This document shows, piece by piece, positions 1 through 14,235 of a DNA stretch of 64,000 nucleotides. The stretch is taken from the NCBI RefSeq assembly GCF_009914755.1, contig NC_060931.1; one strand, written 5' to 3'. The notes beneath the pieces were generated by a model. The model made no database searches and was not told the DNA's origin. It worked only from the letters and a program-made list of their open reading frames with translations. This stretch comes from the human T2T-CHM13v2.0 reference genome, Homo sapiens. The position numbers and the translations under genes were made by a program. How positions within the stretch are numbered: position 1 is the stretch's first letter; each line of letters opens with the position of its first letter.

Positions 1-1304
<1,304 letters not shown>

Positions 1305-2269
1305 TAATGGATAAGTTATTTAAGCTATTGAATCTAACCTCAATTGTCGCATATACATTGTAGGTAAATTAATAATATCTACTCTCAAGGTTATTGTAAG
1401 GATTAAAAGAGGCAATATATGTGAAAAATACTTAGCACAAGGCTTGGAAAATATTAGGAGGTTTGCTGAATAATCTGAACATAAGCAAGCACATGAACAG
1501 TGTCAGATTATGGGTTGCAGTGAGTACTCCACTTATACAGGGAGGAAAGAAGTCAAGCATGGGTGGAAGGTTCCAAGCTCCACAGCTAGAATAAAACTTT
1601 GAGATGCGCATTGAAGAAAGAAAGCAGCTGACACGTGAAGGCAGCCCAGGCTAGGAAAGCAGCCAACAAAGGCACAGATGCAAGAGTGAGCACAGCTTGC
1701 GAGGACACAGAAGCGAGAGCAATATTCTACAGAGGAACATGGGTCATCCCATGTTCCCACATTGTATTTTTCACACAGTGCCAAACAGCATTAGAGCCTG
1801 AGACAGACTATGTGAAATAGGCATTTCATCCCGTTCTCAGTCAAGTTATAAAAAGTGATCTTCCTATTTCAAAAGAGGAAATCAAAGAAATGGCAAGAAG
1901 ATTCCAGCCAATGTAAAAATATGTCACCGATACTGTGGAAAACTGCAAATATATTATTTGAGGTGGAGATAACTGTGGTGCCTGACAAAGATGGGCAGGG
2001 GATGAGCCCATGGGCAAGCAGGGTCTGGATGCAGGAGTACCCAGGTCAGCTGCCCCAAGTTGTGGACTAGCTGGGTATTGTGAGATCCTGCAAAGTCCTG
2101 TACTGTTAACCTGGGCAAGTTTAACACCAAGACCATGTTGTTAGAGGATCATCAATCAAACACAGATTCAAGAGGCAGGGCCAGTAAACCAGGAACCCCT
2201 GGCTGTCATTAAAAGAGGGTAAGCCCAGAAAGTCAGAAAACACTAACAGTTGATATCTGTTTGAGCTTA

Positions 2270-2470
2270 CTCTACACTTGAGACTGGGTCAAGTTTTCAA
2301 ATGAATTATCTCATTTAATCTTTGCTGTTCCCAGTTAAGTAGGTCATTATTTTCCCCATTCTACAGATGACAGAACCACCAAGACTCAAAGACGTTGATA
2401 CATGGCAGAGCTAGGATTGAACCTGGACAATCTGACCCAGCCCTTGCTCATAAGCACAACACTACGCTGG
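2270..2470. mobile_element. MIR fragment
   Basis: tctcatttaatc...ccccattctacagatga...ggattgaacctgg MIR core. Confidence 0.75.
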
Positions 2471-2949
2471 GACTCGGTCCTAGCCTGGGCTCACATCGAT
2501 AGCAGAAACCTGCCTGTTGCCCTCAGGACTGTTCTCAGCCAGCACAGGGCCTGACATATATGTCGACACCAAACAGAGATGTGTGTAAGAAAGGATGGCA
2601 GGAACAAAAGTAATGTCTAACAAGACAGATGGAAGCTAAGCACCCTATGCATGAGACACGATGAAGAGATCCACAGGTATACCAGGATCAGTGGTGAGAT
2701 GAAATGCAGGTAGTGTCTGGCTTGTAGGAATTGAAGTTTGAAAATCATCTGCTTTTTAAATATAAATTAGAGCAGATCCAGGCTTTTCCCTCTGGAATAA
2801 CTTCATTCCTAAACCACTTTATTGCACCAGACTTTGATGAGTGAGTTTCATAACTGGTCCTCCAGGGCTTGTGCAGGGTCCAGTGTCCAGCCATCACACT
2901 CACGGGGGCTCTCCCTGGGACAGGTTGGAAACGGCTCCTTCAATGTGCA

Positions 2950-3220
2950 TAATTCGGAGTTCAGCATTAGCCTACCTAAGCCACTTCCTAGTTGCATGGT
3001 GGGTAGGGGCGTTCACCTCTCTGGCCTCAATTTCATCCCTTGTAGAATGTAAATAATAGTAATTTCTACTCCATGTAGGACTGCAGGTAGTTTAAATAAA
3101 ATGTTGCATTTAAAGTCATGAGTGTAGAGCCTTTTAGTTTAAATAAACTATTGCATTGAAAGGCATGAGCACAGGGCCTTTTAGAACAAGTTCTAAAAAA
3201 AAAATCTTGGTATTATAATT
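2950..3220. mobile_element. MIR fragment with internal 47 bp tandem duplication
   Basis: cacctctctggcctcaatttcatcc..tgtagaatg MIR core; duplicated unit at 3088-3184. Confidence 0.7.
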
Positions 3221-4479
3221 TTACTTGCCCAGGTGCTAGTGCACCACTCGTAACAGATGGGAATGTCTCATCCTTACATGTGTCATATCCTTCTTGCACT
3301 GTGCCATCCCAGGCTGGACATGCAGGATGCCAATGAGGATAAATCTTGCCATTCTTATCCTATGCAGAGGAAGGCTAGCCTAACTCTCTGAAGATAAGAC
3401 ATCGCTAATTCCCTTCCTTCCTCTGCAATTCTCCACCCCCTTTTTTTCCCTCTTTCGGGCCTAGCAGACAAAGAATGAGTGTCCTGGTGTCTCACCAGAT
3501 GTAGCAGGAAGTTATGAATACGGATTGCACAGGACAATTGACTCTCTAAAAACATAGGCCCCAAATTAATCCTGAAGGCTGGGCAGTAACCACAGGAAAC
3601 TTGGAGCCATGAGGCTGCCACTTAACACTTTACATATCTCTGTCTATCCTGGAGTGTTAGGCAAACAATAGCTTAATCCACTAAAGGCCTGTGAGTGGTA
3701 TTATTAGTCATGGAATATCTGAGATCAACCTTTGGGTACATACACTCAAGGCCAGAATCTGGCATCCAGGTCCTCACATGGGACTAGGATCCCCACATGA
3801 GTCTTTAAGGAATGTCACAGCAAATTTTTAACAACTGGTTAATGTCTACCAGTGCTTAGCAAATTAGGCCTGTGTTGAAGTGTCAATGCCCAAGGGACTG
3901 ATTTATTGAAATGCCCTAATTAGGATCTTGTAACACATCAAAGGGCCGTTAAAGAAAAAAGTGCTGGCTTCAGAGACTAAGGGGTATACATAGGCATGGT
4001 TTGTCTCTCTGCCAGGCTCAACAAATGCCATTCTGACAGTGCAATGGGCTCCACTGGGACAGCAGCCATCAATAAATTAGAACATGACCCATCTGCTGGA
4101 GGAAACCTGGTGTAATCTCTTCCCACATGCCCACTTTCTCCTTTCCTAGCCTTTCCCCCGCTTTAGAGGCCTGCAGCAAGCTCAGAGTCAAGGCCAGGAA
4201 GGTTCCTGGACCAAAGAACTAGCTACGCCAATCTTCCATGGAGGATTTAGAAAGATGCTGCAACAATTTATCAGCTTCCAGAACAATGGTCTTTCTCTCT
4301 CCACTGCTACCATGTCTTAAATACACATCTCCCATTTGAAATCTCCTTAACCACAAAGAAAAACAGCTTTCCCTACAGGCACATCTTCCAGGCCAAGCCT
4401 GTTTTGCTGCGGAGAGTATATTGCCCTAATTATTTCTACTCAGCTTAAACCCCAGCACTACCAATTCTCTCCCTCTGTA

Positions 4480-4632
4480 ATCTTGAGTAAGCTATTTAAT
4501 CTCTTAGTTTCTTCATCTGTAAAGAGGGAGGACTAATGATAATACTTACCTCATGGGATTGTTGGGAGGATTAAAAAATGCATGTAAAGTACCTGGAACA
4601 TAGTTACAATTTGATGAGTGTTATTATTATTA
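4480..4632. mobile_element. MIR fragment
   Basis: ttaatctcttagtttcttcatctgtaaa...tacctcatgggattgttgggaggattaaa. Confidence 0.8.
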
Positions 4633-4682
4633 TACTTGTAATATTATGATAAAAGAAGACCCAGCTGACTGTGAGTTCATAA

Positions 4683-4996
<314 letters not shown>

Positions 4997-5129
4997 AATA
5001 ACCAACAGTCTTTACAGAAGCCCCTGAACATGGCCAAGACAGGGAATGCCCCTCAGAGTTTCAAGATGCCCTAGGCTGCCTCAGATGTAAAACATCCACA
5101 ACACTAATATAATTCTATGCTTAGCTAAT

Positions 5130-6310
5130 CGTCCCAGCTTGCATTTTTATCAACATTAAAGAACATGAGGCAAAGAGCAGCAGTCACCCACTACAAGTAA
5201 CCTTGGAAAAAAGACTGCTTCAAGGTCTGGGACAGGAAATACACAGGATAAACCTGGAGCTTCTTGACATACCAGATAGTAAGGAAGTTAGCAGAGTCTA
5301 CTAGGGTCATGTCAAAAGGACTCAGGAGCTGTCTTGAAGAGGTTCCCACTGGCCAAAGATGGGGTAATCTGAATATCAATTGGAATGATAACTGCTGCAA
5401 TGGACTGAAACATACCAAATGTATTCTAGGAAACCAATTCATTATTTTTAACACTGGTAAGTAAAAAAGAAAGAATAAAACATTTATCTCACCTTTTCAG
5501 TATGACCCTATACTTTAGGGTAACCAAACAGTTCATGAGGGGTGATTTCTCTTTATAGAGTTTCCAGCTAAAGGATGAAGAAGTGATGATATAGTATCAC
5601 TATGTTATAATCTGCATAAATTAATATATCTAAGCATCAATGATCAATGGCTACTAATAGCATAAAAATAGAGACAATCATTTAGTGCCTCCTGATGGAA
5701 GTGCACACCACCATCTATGAAATGGTCTTGCCCAAAATATCACATTTTAATCTGATCAAGCTCTAGATCTAAATGCTGATTTTCAGGCAATCCAAAGACA
5801 GAAAAACATGCTAAATGACACCATGGGGATAAAATAAGTAAACCCTAGACTCTGGGAAATGCTACAGGACAAATGATTGGTTTCTTCAACAAATAAACTG
5901 AAAGGTAAAAAGAGCAAGATGAAGAAGAAACCTATAAATTACAAAGCAACCCATACTGACAACACCAAATGCCAGTGAGGACACAGAACAACAGGGACTC
6001 TCGTTGACTGCAGGTGAAAATGTAAAATGGCACAGGCACTTTGGTAGACAGTTCGACGGGTTGTTATAAAACTAAACACACTCTTACCATACAATCCAGC
6101 AATCACATTTCTTGGTGTTTACCCAAATCAGTTGTAAAAATAATGTCCACACAAAAACGTGCACATGGATGTTTATAGAAGCTTTATTTATAATTACCAA
6201 AACTTGGAAGCAACCAAGATGTCCTTTAATAGGTGAATGATTAAACTCTGGTACACTCATACAATGGGATATTACTCACTGCTAAAAAGTAATGAGCTAT
6301 CAAAAATATT
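5130..6310 (+). mobile_element. Old L1M 3' fragments (L1MC-like, then a second L1M piece)
   Basis: ctgatcaagctctagatc/ggacaaatga..tttcttcaacaaataaa segment, then ctcttaccatacaatccagcaatc...gaagcaaccaagatgtcc L1 3' motifs. Confidence 0.7.
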
Positions 6311-6323
6311 AGCAAAGTATTCC

Positions 6324-6448
6324 TTTTATTTTTTTTAGAAATGGAGTCTTGCTATTTTGCCAAGGTTGGCCTCAAACTCCTGGGCTCAAGCAATTTTCCC
6401 ACCTCAGCCTCCTGAGTAGCTGGGATTACAGGAGTGAGCCACCACACC
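6324..6448 (-). mobile_element. Alu monomer (FLAM-like)
   Basis: Single ~125 bp Alu arm with T tail. Confidence 0.85.
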
Positions 6449-6739
6449 TCTTACCTGGATTTGTGAGAGTAGTATTTGGTATAGGGACTGTGGATAAAAT
6501 AGGATTCTCTCTCTCCCCACAGTCTGTGGCCTCTCTGTGTCTCCTTCCAAGATGTTCATTTGAACTGATATTCATCTTGTCAACATTGCTCAACTAGAGT
6601 GACAGATTCTTTCTGACCTGCCCTCAGAGGCTGAAGCTGGGCTGCATGGACATCAGAAGCACAGAGGACACACCCGCCCAGCAACTAACACACACTCTCC
6701 TCTAGCCCTCCTAATGACCCTGGGGAGCAGGCAGAAAGA

Positions 6740-6890
6740 TACCACTCTTCCCTTTTTACAGACAAGGAAACTGAGGCACAGGAAGGTAAGATTGTTTGTC
6801 CAAGGTCCTACAGCTAGTAAATAAGGGATCTGAGACCATCTCCTTGATCTTCTGACACCCAGACCTTCCTTCTTTCCATTACCCATTAAA
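6740..6890. mobile_element. MIR fragment
   Basis: tttacagacaaggaaactgaggcaca...tccaaggtcctacagctagtaa. Confidence 0.8.
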
Positions 6891-7260
6891 GCAACAAAGA
6901 TGCAGTCCTTCTTATTGTAACATGTTATTATTCTTTAGTCTTCTTAAAGTCATCCCTATAACACATTGTCAAGTAGTGGAGGCAACAGCCTCATTCTCCA
7001 TAATGAGGTCATCTGCTAATAATTTTCCCTCTTTCTCCCCAAGTTTCTCCCCCTTCTGGCCCCTGCCTCTGCTTCCTACCCATCATCAAGATCTGCGCAA
7101 GCTACCTTTCACTGGGAGACGTCTGCCTCCACCACCCCTACCAGGGTCCCCAGGAGGGAAGCATCCTTGGAGATTCTCACCTCCCATAGATCTGTCAAAG
7201 TAAGAAAAAAATTGGAAAATAACAGGAAAAGGGAAAATGTGGGAACAACAGCTATCTTAC

Positions 7261-7317
7261 CTCTCCCATCCCCGGGATGAGAGAGAGAGATTTCCTGCTT
7301 CTACAAACAACCAAGCT
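7261..7317 (-). other. Candidate 57-nt internal exon of a minus-strand transcript
   Basis: Minus strand reads gcctcctttcag|AGCTTGG...GGGAGAG|gtaagat, ~500 bp downstream of a CpG-island donor. Confidence 0.35.
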
Positions 7318-7579
7318 CTGAAAGGAGGCTTCTTTTACATACACTTTGCAGGGATGACTTAAATAAGTCTTGAAGACTGTCTTTCCCTGGAGACCAGACT
7401 AAAAGTATTGTTTAGAAATCTAATACATGGTTTATTTACTCAATTTGTGCTGAGCTCCACAGTTCCTTCAGGCCAGCCTCACTCGCCCATTACTCTATTA
7501 ATGCTCCATTACTGAAATTAGTGCTGTAATTGGAGGGGGAAGGGCCGAGGAAGGGGGCACTCCTTAAAGGCACAGGTCT

Positions 7580-8330
7580 CGGCTAATCACATCACGGGCG
7601 GAGGCACCAAGGAACTGGTGTGGGGGCCCCACGAACGCTCGGGCCAAAGCTACTCCTCGGCCACGCGGCGGCTGGCAACTGACGCGCGCGATGTTGCGCC
7701 GGCCAATCAGCGTATGGCTCAGTCCCGCGGGCCCCGCTTCCAGGTGGAGCTGCTCCTGCTCTCGGGGTAGCCAGGGTCCCGGGCCTGGCCGCGGCCCCGC
7801 GGGCTCTTACGCTTTCGCCCCCATCTCGCTCCGCACGCCAGCGGTTCAAACACCCCCGGTAGGATCAGTCCCCGAGTGCACCTCTGACCCCAACTCTGAG
7901 CAGGCAAGGTTAAGGCCATTTCTGTGAAGCTTGTTCGCGCACTCTCGCTTTTCCTGGCCGAATCCCAGCGGCCTCTCTGCACCTCCCACGAGCTCCCTGG
8001 CACCTCTGCGCAAGCCCACTTTCCCCGAGACCCTTCCGTCCCACTGCGCTTCTGCGTCCCTCTCCGCGACTTCTCTTCAGAGACTGACTTGTCCTCCGTA
8101 AGGCAAAATCTAGTCCCTACCCCTTGAGCATCTGGTCCATCACTTCCTCTCATAAGCAGATTTACTGGGAAGGCGGCCCACACTCCGGGGCGCGGTCTTC
8201 GCCTCAGTTTGGGATCTGAATTGCACCCTCTCCCACGGAGGTGGCTTTCTTAAAGGTCTCCAGTTGGCCAATCCAATGGCCATTTCTCGATTCTTATAGG
8301 CCACAGGACTTCGCAGGAACATCCGAAATT
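7580..8330. promoter_or_regulatory. CpG island / promoter
   Basis: Only strongly GC- and CpG-dense unit in the window; GC box gggcggag 7596-7603, CCAAT 7703-7707 and twice at 8267-8276, ETS-like cacttcct 8141, minus-strand donor (cttac) at 7806-7810. Confidence 0.88.
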
Positions 8331-8618
8331 GCAAACATCCTCTTTCTGGAGTGATTGCTCCCTTTGGCACCTATGAATAATAGTTTCCCCCAAGTTCTCT
8401 TCTCCCTGAAGGAACATTCTTTTCCTACAGCTGTGATTCTTCTAAGTCCCAGGTCCTTTTGAGAATCTGATGAAAACACACTCACACACAGACACACACA
8501 AACACAAGCACACAATGGGCATTCATGGACCCTACAGGAGCCTGTAAATCCCAGGTTAACCACTTCTGCTCCTTACTTTTTTTCTTGGTGATCTTACCAA
8601 TTCCTGTTTTTAAAATCA

Positions 8619-9020
<402 letters not shown>

Positions 9021-9539
9021 TCATCTATCTCTGCTAGAGGCTTGGTGACGTCTTGCAGGTATGCAGGCTGGAAAACTTGGGATCATCATTAACTCTTCTG
9101 GTTTGCTAAACCTGCCACTGACAACCTATCAGACATTTAGAACTGTGGCTCTTCTTCTCCATTTTTCCTCACAACCATTCCTTCCTTTTTGTCTTCACTG
9201 GTACCTCCTCACAGTTTGGCTCAGCCTCTTAACTGATCTCCTTGTCTCCAGGCTCAGGCTGCCCAATCACACCACTGTTGAGAGGCAGAGATGTAGCAAG
9301 TGCCAAATCCAAGAGCCTTAGACATGGCTGGGTTCCTCTAGTCCAGTCCATGCTTCATTACCAGTCCCCTTTACAAGGCATCTGCACGGCTGCTGTCCAG
9401 CTTCTGCTTGAATATCTCTGAAGAAGAGAAGCTGACTTCATCATTAAACATGTTGGCTTTTGGCCGATTCTAAGTATGGAAGCCTTTATCCATACATTGA
9501 GCTAAAAGCTGCCCTCAGCTCTTCAGAGCTTCTTCCTGC

Positions 9540-9960
9540 CTGAAGAGAGCTTGCTAGGTGCCCACACAGCTAGTGGTTACATTTCCTAGACTTCCCTGCA
9601 CTAGCTGTGGCTAGTGACTAAATTCTTGCTCGTTGAAAATCAGCAAACACGAAGTGTGTTGGTGCCACTTTCATGGGGGGCCTTCATACATCAGACACAT
9701 ATTTCTCTAGTTTCTTATCCTCTTCCCTGAAGAGGATGGGAACTGGAGATTCCCCGGATCATGGAGATTAGGGCCATACCCTAGGAGATGAGGGAGTAAT
9801 ACAGGCAAGAAACCTGAGTCCCTGGACCACCACACAGAGCAGTCCTACCCTGACAGCCTGGGTTACCCACATTAGAACTGTTCCATGAGAGAGAGGTAAG
9901 CTTTTACATCCTTTAAGCCACTGTCTTTTGTTAAAGCACTGTAACTTTAACTCTGAATAA
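9540..9960 (+). mobile_element. Old MaLR/ERVL LTR (MLT1/LTR16-like)
   Basis: acatttcctagacttccctgca...gtgactaaattct and tttaagccactg..tttgtta end motif. Confidence 0.55.
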
Positions 9961-10040
9961 ATCCTCTCTCATCACTCCCACCTTGGTCTGTATTCCAACC
10001 ATACTGAACTTCCCATCATGTCCAAATATAACATGCCCCC

Positions 10041-12163
10041 TGTAGTAGTCCATTTTCATGCTGCTGATAAAGACATACCTGAGACTGTACAATTTACAAA
10101 AGAAAGAGGTTTAATTGGACTTAAATTCCATGTGTCTGGGGAAGCCTCACAATCATGGCAGAAGGCAAGGAGGAGCAACTCATGTCTTACATGGATGGCA
10201 GCAGGCAAAGAAAGAGTGAGTGCCAAGTGAAAGGGGTTTCTCCTTAAAAAACCATCAGATCTGGTGAGACTTATTCACTACCATGAGAACAGTATGGGGG
10301 AAACCACCACCGTGATTCAATTATCTCCCACCAGGTTCCTCCCACAACAATGGAAATTATGGGAGCTACAGTTCAAGATGAGATTTGGGTGGGCACACAG
10401 CCAAACTATATAATTCCGCCCCTGACCTCTCCCAAATCTCATGTCCTCACATTTCAAAACCAATCATGCCTTCCTAACAGTCCCCCAAATTCTTAACTCA
10501 GTTCAGCATTAACTCAAATGCCCATAATCCAAAGTCTCATCTGAGACAAGGCAACTCCCTTCCACCTATGAACCTGTAAAATCAAAAGCAAGTTAGTTAC
10601 TTCCTAGATACAATGGGGGTACAAGCATTGGGTAAATATAGCTGTTCCAAATGGGATAAATTGGCCAAAACAAAGGGGCTACAGGCCCCATGCAAGTCTG
10701 AAATCCAGTAGGGCAGTCAAATCTTAAATCTCCAAAATGATCCCCTTTGACTCTGTGTCTCACTTCCAGGTCATGCTGATGCAAAAGGTGGGTTCCCATG
10801 GCTTGGACAGCTCTGCTCCTGTGGCTTTGCAGAATACAGCCTACCTCCCAGCTGCTTTCATTGGCTGACATTGAGTGTTTGTGGCTTTTCCAGGCACACA
10901 GTGCAAGCTGTCAATGGATCTGTCATTTCTGGTGTCTGGAGGGTGGCCTCTTCTCACAGCTCCACTAGGCAGTGCCCCAGTAGGAACTCTGTATGGGGGC
11001 TGTGACCCCACATTTCCCTTCCACACTGCCTTAGCAGAGGTTCTCCATGAGAGCCCTGCCCCTACAGCATACTTCTGCCTAGACATCCAGGCATTTCCAT
11101 ACATCCTCTGAAATCTAGGCGGAGGTTCCCAAACCCCAGTTCTTGACTTCTGTGCACCCACAGGCTCAACACCATGTGGAAGCTGCCAAGTCTTGAGGCT
11201 TGCACCCTCTGAAGCCACAGCCCGAGCTCTACATTGGTCCCTTTCAGCCACACCGGAGAAGCTGGGAACACAGGGCACCAAGTCCCTAGGCTGCACACCT
11301 CAGAAAATGGGATTTTCTTTTCTATCGAATTGTCAAGCTGCAAATTTTCCAAACTTTTATGCTCTGCTTCCCTTATAAAACTGAATGCCTTTAACAGCAC
11401 CCAAGTCACCTCTTGAATGCTTTGCTGCTTAGAAGTTTCTTCCACCAGATGCTTTAAATCATCTCTTTCAAGTTCAAAGGCCCACATATCTCTACGGCAG
11501 GGGAAAAATGCCACCAGTCTCTTTGCTAAAACATAGGAAGAGTCACCACTGTTCCAGTTCCCAATAAGCTCCTCATCTCCATCTGAAACCACCTCAGACC
11601 AGATTTCATTGTCTATATCATTATCAGCATTTTGGTCAAAGCCATTCAGCAAGTCTCTAGGAAGTTCCCAACCTTCCCACATTTTTCTCTCTTCCTCTGA
11701 GCCCTCCAAACTGTTCCAACCACTGCCTGTTACCCAGTTCCAAATCTGCTTCCACATTTTTGGGTTTCTACAGCAGCACCTCACTCTACTGGTACCAATT
11801 TACTGTATTAGACAATTTTCATGCTGCTGATAAAGACATACCCAAGACTGGACAATTTACAAAAGAAAGAGGTTTAACTGGACTTACACCTCTATGTGTG
11901 GCTGGGGAAGCCTCACATTATGGCAGAAGGCAAGGAGGAGCAAGTCACATCTTACATAGATGGCAGCAGGCAAAGAGAGTGAGTGCCAAGTGAAAGAAAG
12001 GGGTTTCTCCTTATAAAACCATCAGATCACTGCCACGAGAATAGTATGGGGGAAACCACCGCCATAATTCAGTTATCTCCCACCAGATCCCTCCCACAAC
12101 AATGGGAATTATGGAAGCTACAATTCAAGATAAGATTTGAGTGGGGACAGCCAAACAATATTA
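10041..12163 (-). mobile_element. THE1A/THE1B MaLR provirus: LTR 10041-10413, internal 10414-11803, LTR 11804-12163
   Basis: Two ~360-370 bp direct LTRs (catgctgctgataaagacatacc...ccaaac.atat.a) flank THE1-internal sequence ending ggtaccaatttac. Confidence 0.95.
11062..11784 (-). pseudogene. Remnant THE1 internal (Gag-derived) ORF, 240 aa open
   Basis: Peptide GWNSLEGSEEERKMW..LPRDLLNGFDQNAD...SDGDEELIGNW resembles the MaLR internal ORF; lies inside THE1-int. Confidence 0.75.
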
Positions 12164-12344
12164 CCGCTCCCCCCCACCCCCTGCCCCCCATATCTCTATT
12201 CCATTGTTCAAGCTCCAGCCTCTGCCTGCAATACTTTTCCCTGTTGTCTCCACCTGGTGACCACTCATCCTTCAAGACCTTGCAGCCTTCTATGACTCTC
12301 CCAGGAATTTAGTAGCATGCACATTGTTTAAGCTGTCTCCTAAT

Positions 12345-12910
12345 TTTTAACATTTAGGAATGTTTTTGGCTGCAATTAAATTCTGACTAACTGTGGCTCA
12401 AACTGAAGGATGCTTATTTTCTTAACAAGAAGTTAGATGATAGGTGGTCTCAGGTTTGCCTTTGTGGCTCAATGATGCCATCAGGGGCCCAGGCACCCAT
12501 TTATCTACTTTCTCATCCATGATTGCTGTCTATGACCCTCCTCTGAGTCACAAAATGGCTTCTCCAATTTTAAGCATCAAAATTCTTACACAACAGCATC
12601 TTAAGCAGGAAGAATGGATGAAGAAACAAAAGGTTGCCTCCTTATAGTAACTTTTAACAGGGATTTCTCCCTTTCAGTTGTCTAGAAGACTTGCCCTGAA
12701 GTCTCACCAGCCAGAACTGGGTGTTATACCCACCCCTAGGCTGGTCACTGGAAAAAGGCATCAGATTTGTGTTTGATTTAGACCAATCACAATTGATCCA
12801 CCAAGGCAGAGAAGGCTAAACAAGAAGAAAATTGAAGTTCTGTTCACAAGAAAGGAAGGAGAATGGTTCATCACATAAACATGTAGGCAACTAACTGTTT
12901 CTGCCATGCC
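12345..12910 (-). mobile_element. Old MLT1-type LTR
   Basis: ttaggaatg..ttggctgcaa...aaaatggct...gccagaactgggt..ccacccctag pattern of old MLT1 subfamilies. Confidence 0.55.
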
Positions 12911-14109
12911 ACAGTATTATAATTTATCACTTTACTGGTCCAGACTAGGAATCTCTTAAAGGAACAGAGACTGCATCTATTTCGCTTCACCTCGGAGCCA
13001 TTTGTGTCTAGCACAACAAAGTTTTTTAAAAGATGTTTTCAAAGGATAAATAGAGAAGCCCATCACCTGATTCTTTTCCTGATTTCCAAAGTGCTTAGCA
13101 CTCTTGTCGGAGCCAAAAGTTGACTCCATGGCCTCTGTGCAGAAAAGGAGAAAGCTCAGGAGACCCATTGCCACTTCACCTCCATGTGAAACTTAAACAG
13201 AACTACCATTCCCAGGAAGCCTAGATTATTTTAAGGGTGCCTGGGTGAAATACTATTAGTGTCTCACATCTCTTTACCCTTTGGTGCTGCTGCTGAAGCC
13301 GGAGAAGAAGTGCTAAAATCTAGCTGAAAAGTCTGGTCTCAGGATATTTCTGGCCAAGTCAAAGTTGGAAGGATAAGAAATCCCACAAGGCTGTTCTTGT
13401 GAGGCTTAAGGCTATGTCTTGGGTAGACTCAAGATTTCTGGATAAGTGGCTGTCCTTCAGGGTGCCCTCTGGGTCAGGAGCGAGCTGCAGAGTCACACCT
13501 TCTTTGGTCAGAGTGACATCTTCCTCTGTGAGGAAGAAGGCCCTGTTGATGATTTTCCAAACACAACACTTCTAAGTGGTCTGTGCTATGCCTGGGTGGG
13601 CACTCCTAGGAAGGAGGAGGACTGAGGTGAAAATTGGATGAGATCAAGTGCACAGAAAGTGCTATATAAAGTAAATGTGCAAATTGAGTTCCCAGCACAG
13701 TGTTGGCCCAACAGTAGATGTTGATCACTGTCAATTGACTATTGATTGTTATATGATAAAACCGTCTTTCATATTCTAACTCTGGCAATCAAGATAGTGA
13801 ACAGACAATCCACTATAAATAAAGTACAAATGTTTGATCTTAATTCATATCTTCATCAAGATAAGGTGCAAGTTTCAGAACTTCTTATATCCCTCTATGA
13901 TGAGAATGACTGAGTATTCATTTAACTGGAACATATAAGAAGATGAGCTTGGATTTTGTTGTTCTCTGCAATCAAGAGATAAATTAACCAGGAAAGTATT
14001 AAAATAGAAAGTAGTCTATTCCATCTCTTGATTATTGGTTGGCTTAAAGAATTGAATAGAATATGCCTGATTAAAATAATGTAGAATTTTAGATCTAAGA
14101 TGCTATCTA

Positions 14110-14235
14110 ATCCAGTATTTTCATTTAATACATGAGGAAACCAGGGTCCCAAGAAATTAAGAGACTGACTCAACAATACTAGTCTTTCAGAGTGAAGCCC
14201 CTGGTTTCCTGACTCCCAGATCTATGATCTTTCTT
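14110..14235. mobile_element. MIR fragment
   Basis: ttcattt..catgaggaaaccagggtcccaag...cctgactcccag. Confidence 0.7.

Noticed and set aside
1734-1757. Perfect 10-bp stem hairpin GGAACATGGG-TCAT-CCCATGTTCC
   Set aside because: About one such stem is expected by chance in 64 kb; no RNA-gene context
7719-8183. 154-aa minus-strand ORF across the CpG island
   Set aside because: Non-ATG start, composition typical of stop-poor GC-rich DNA, no recognisable domain, and it reads through a likely donor
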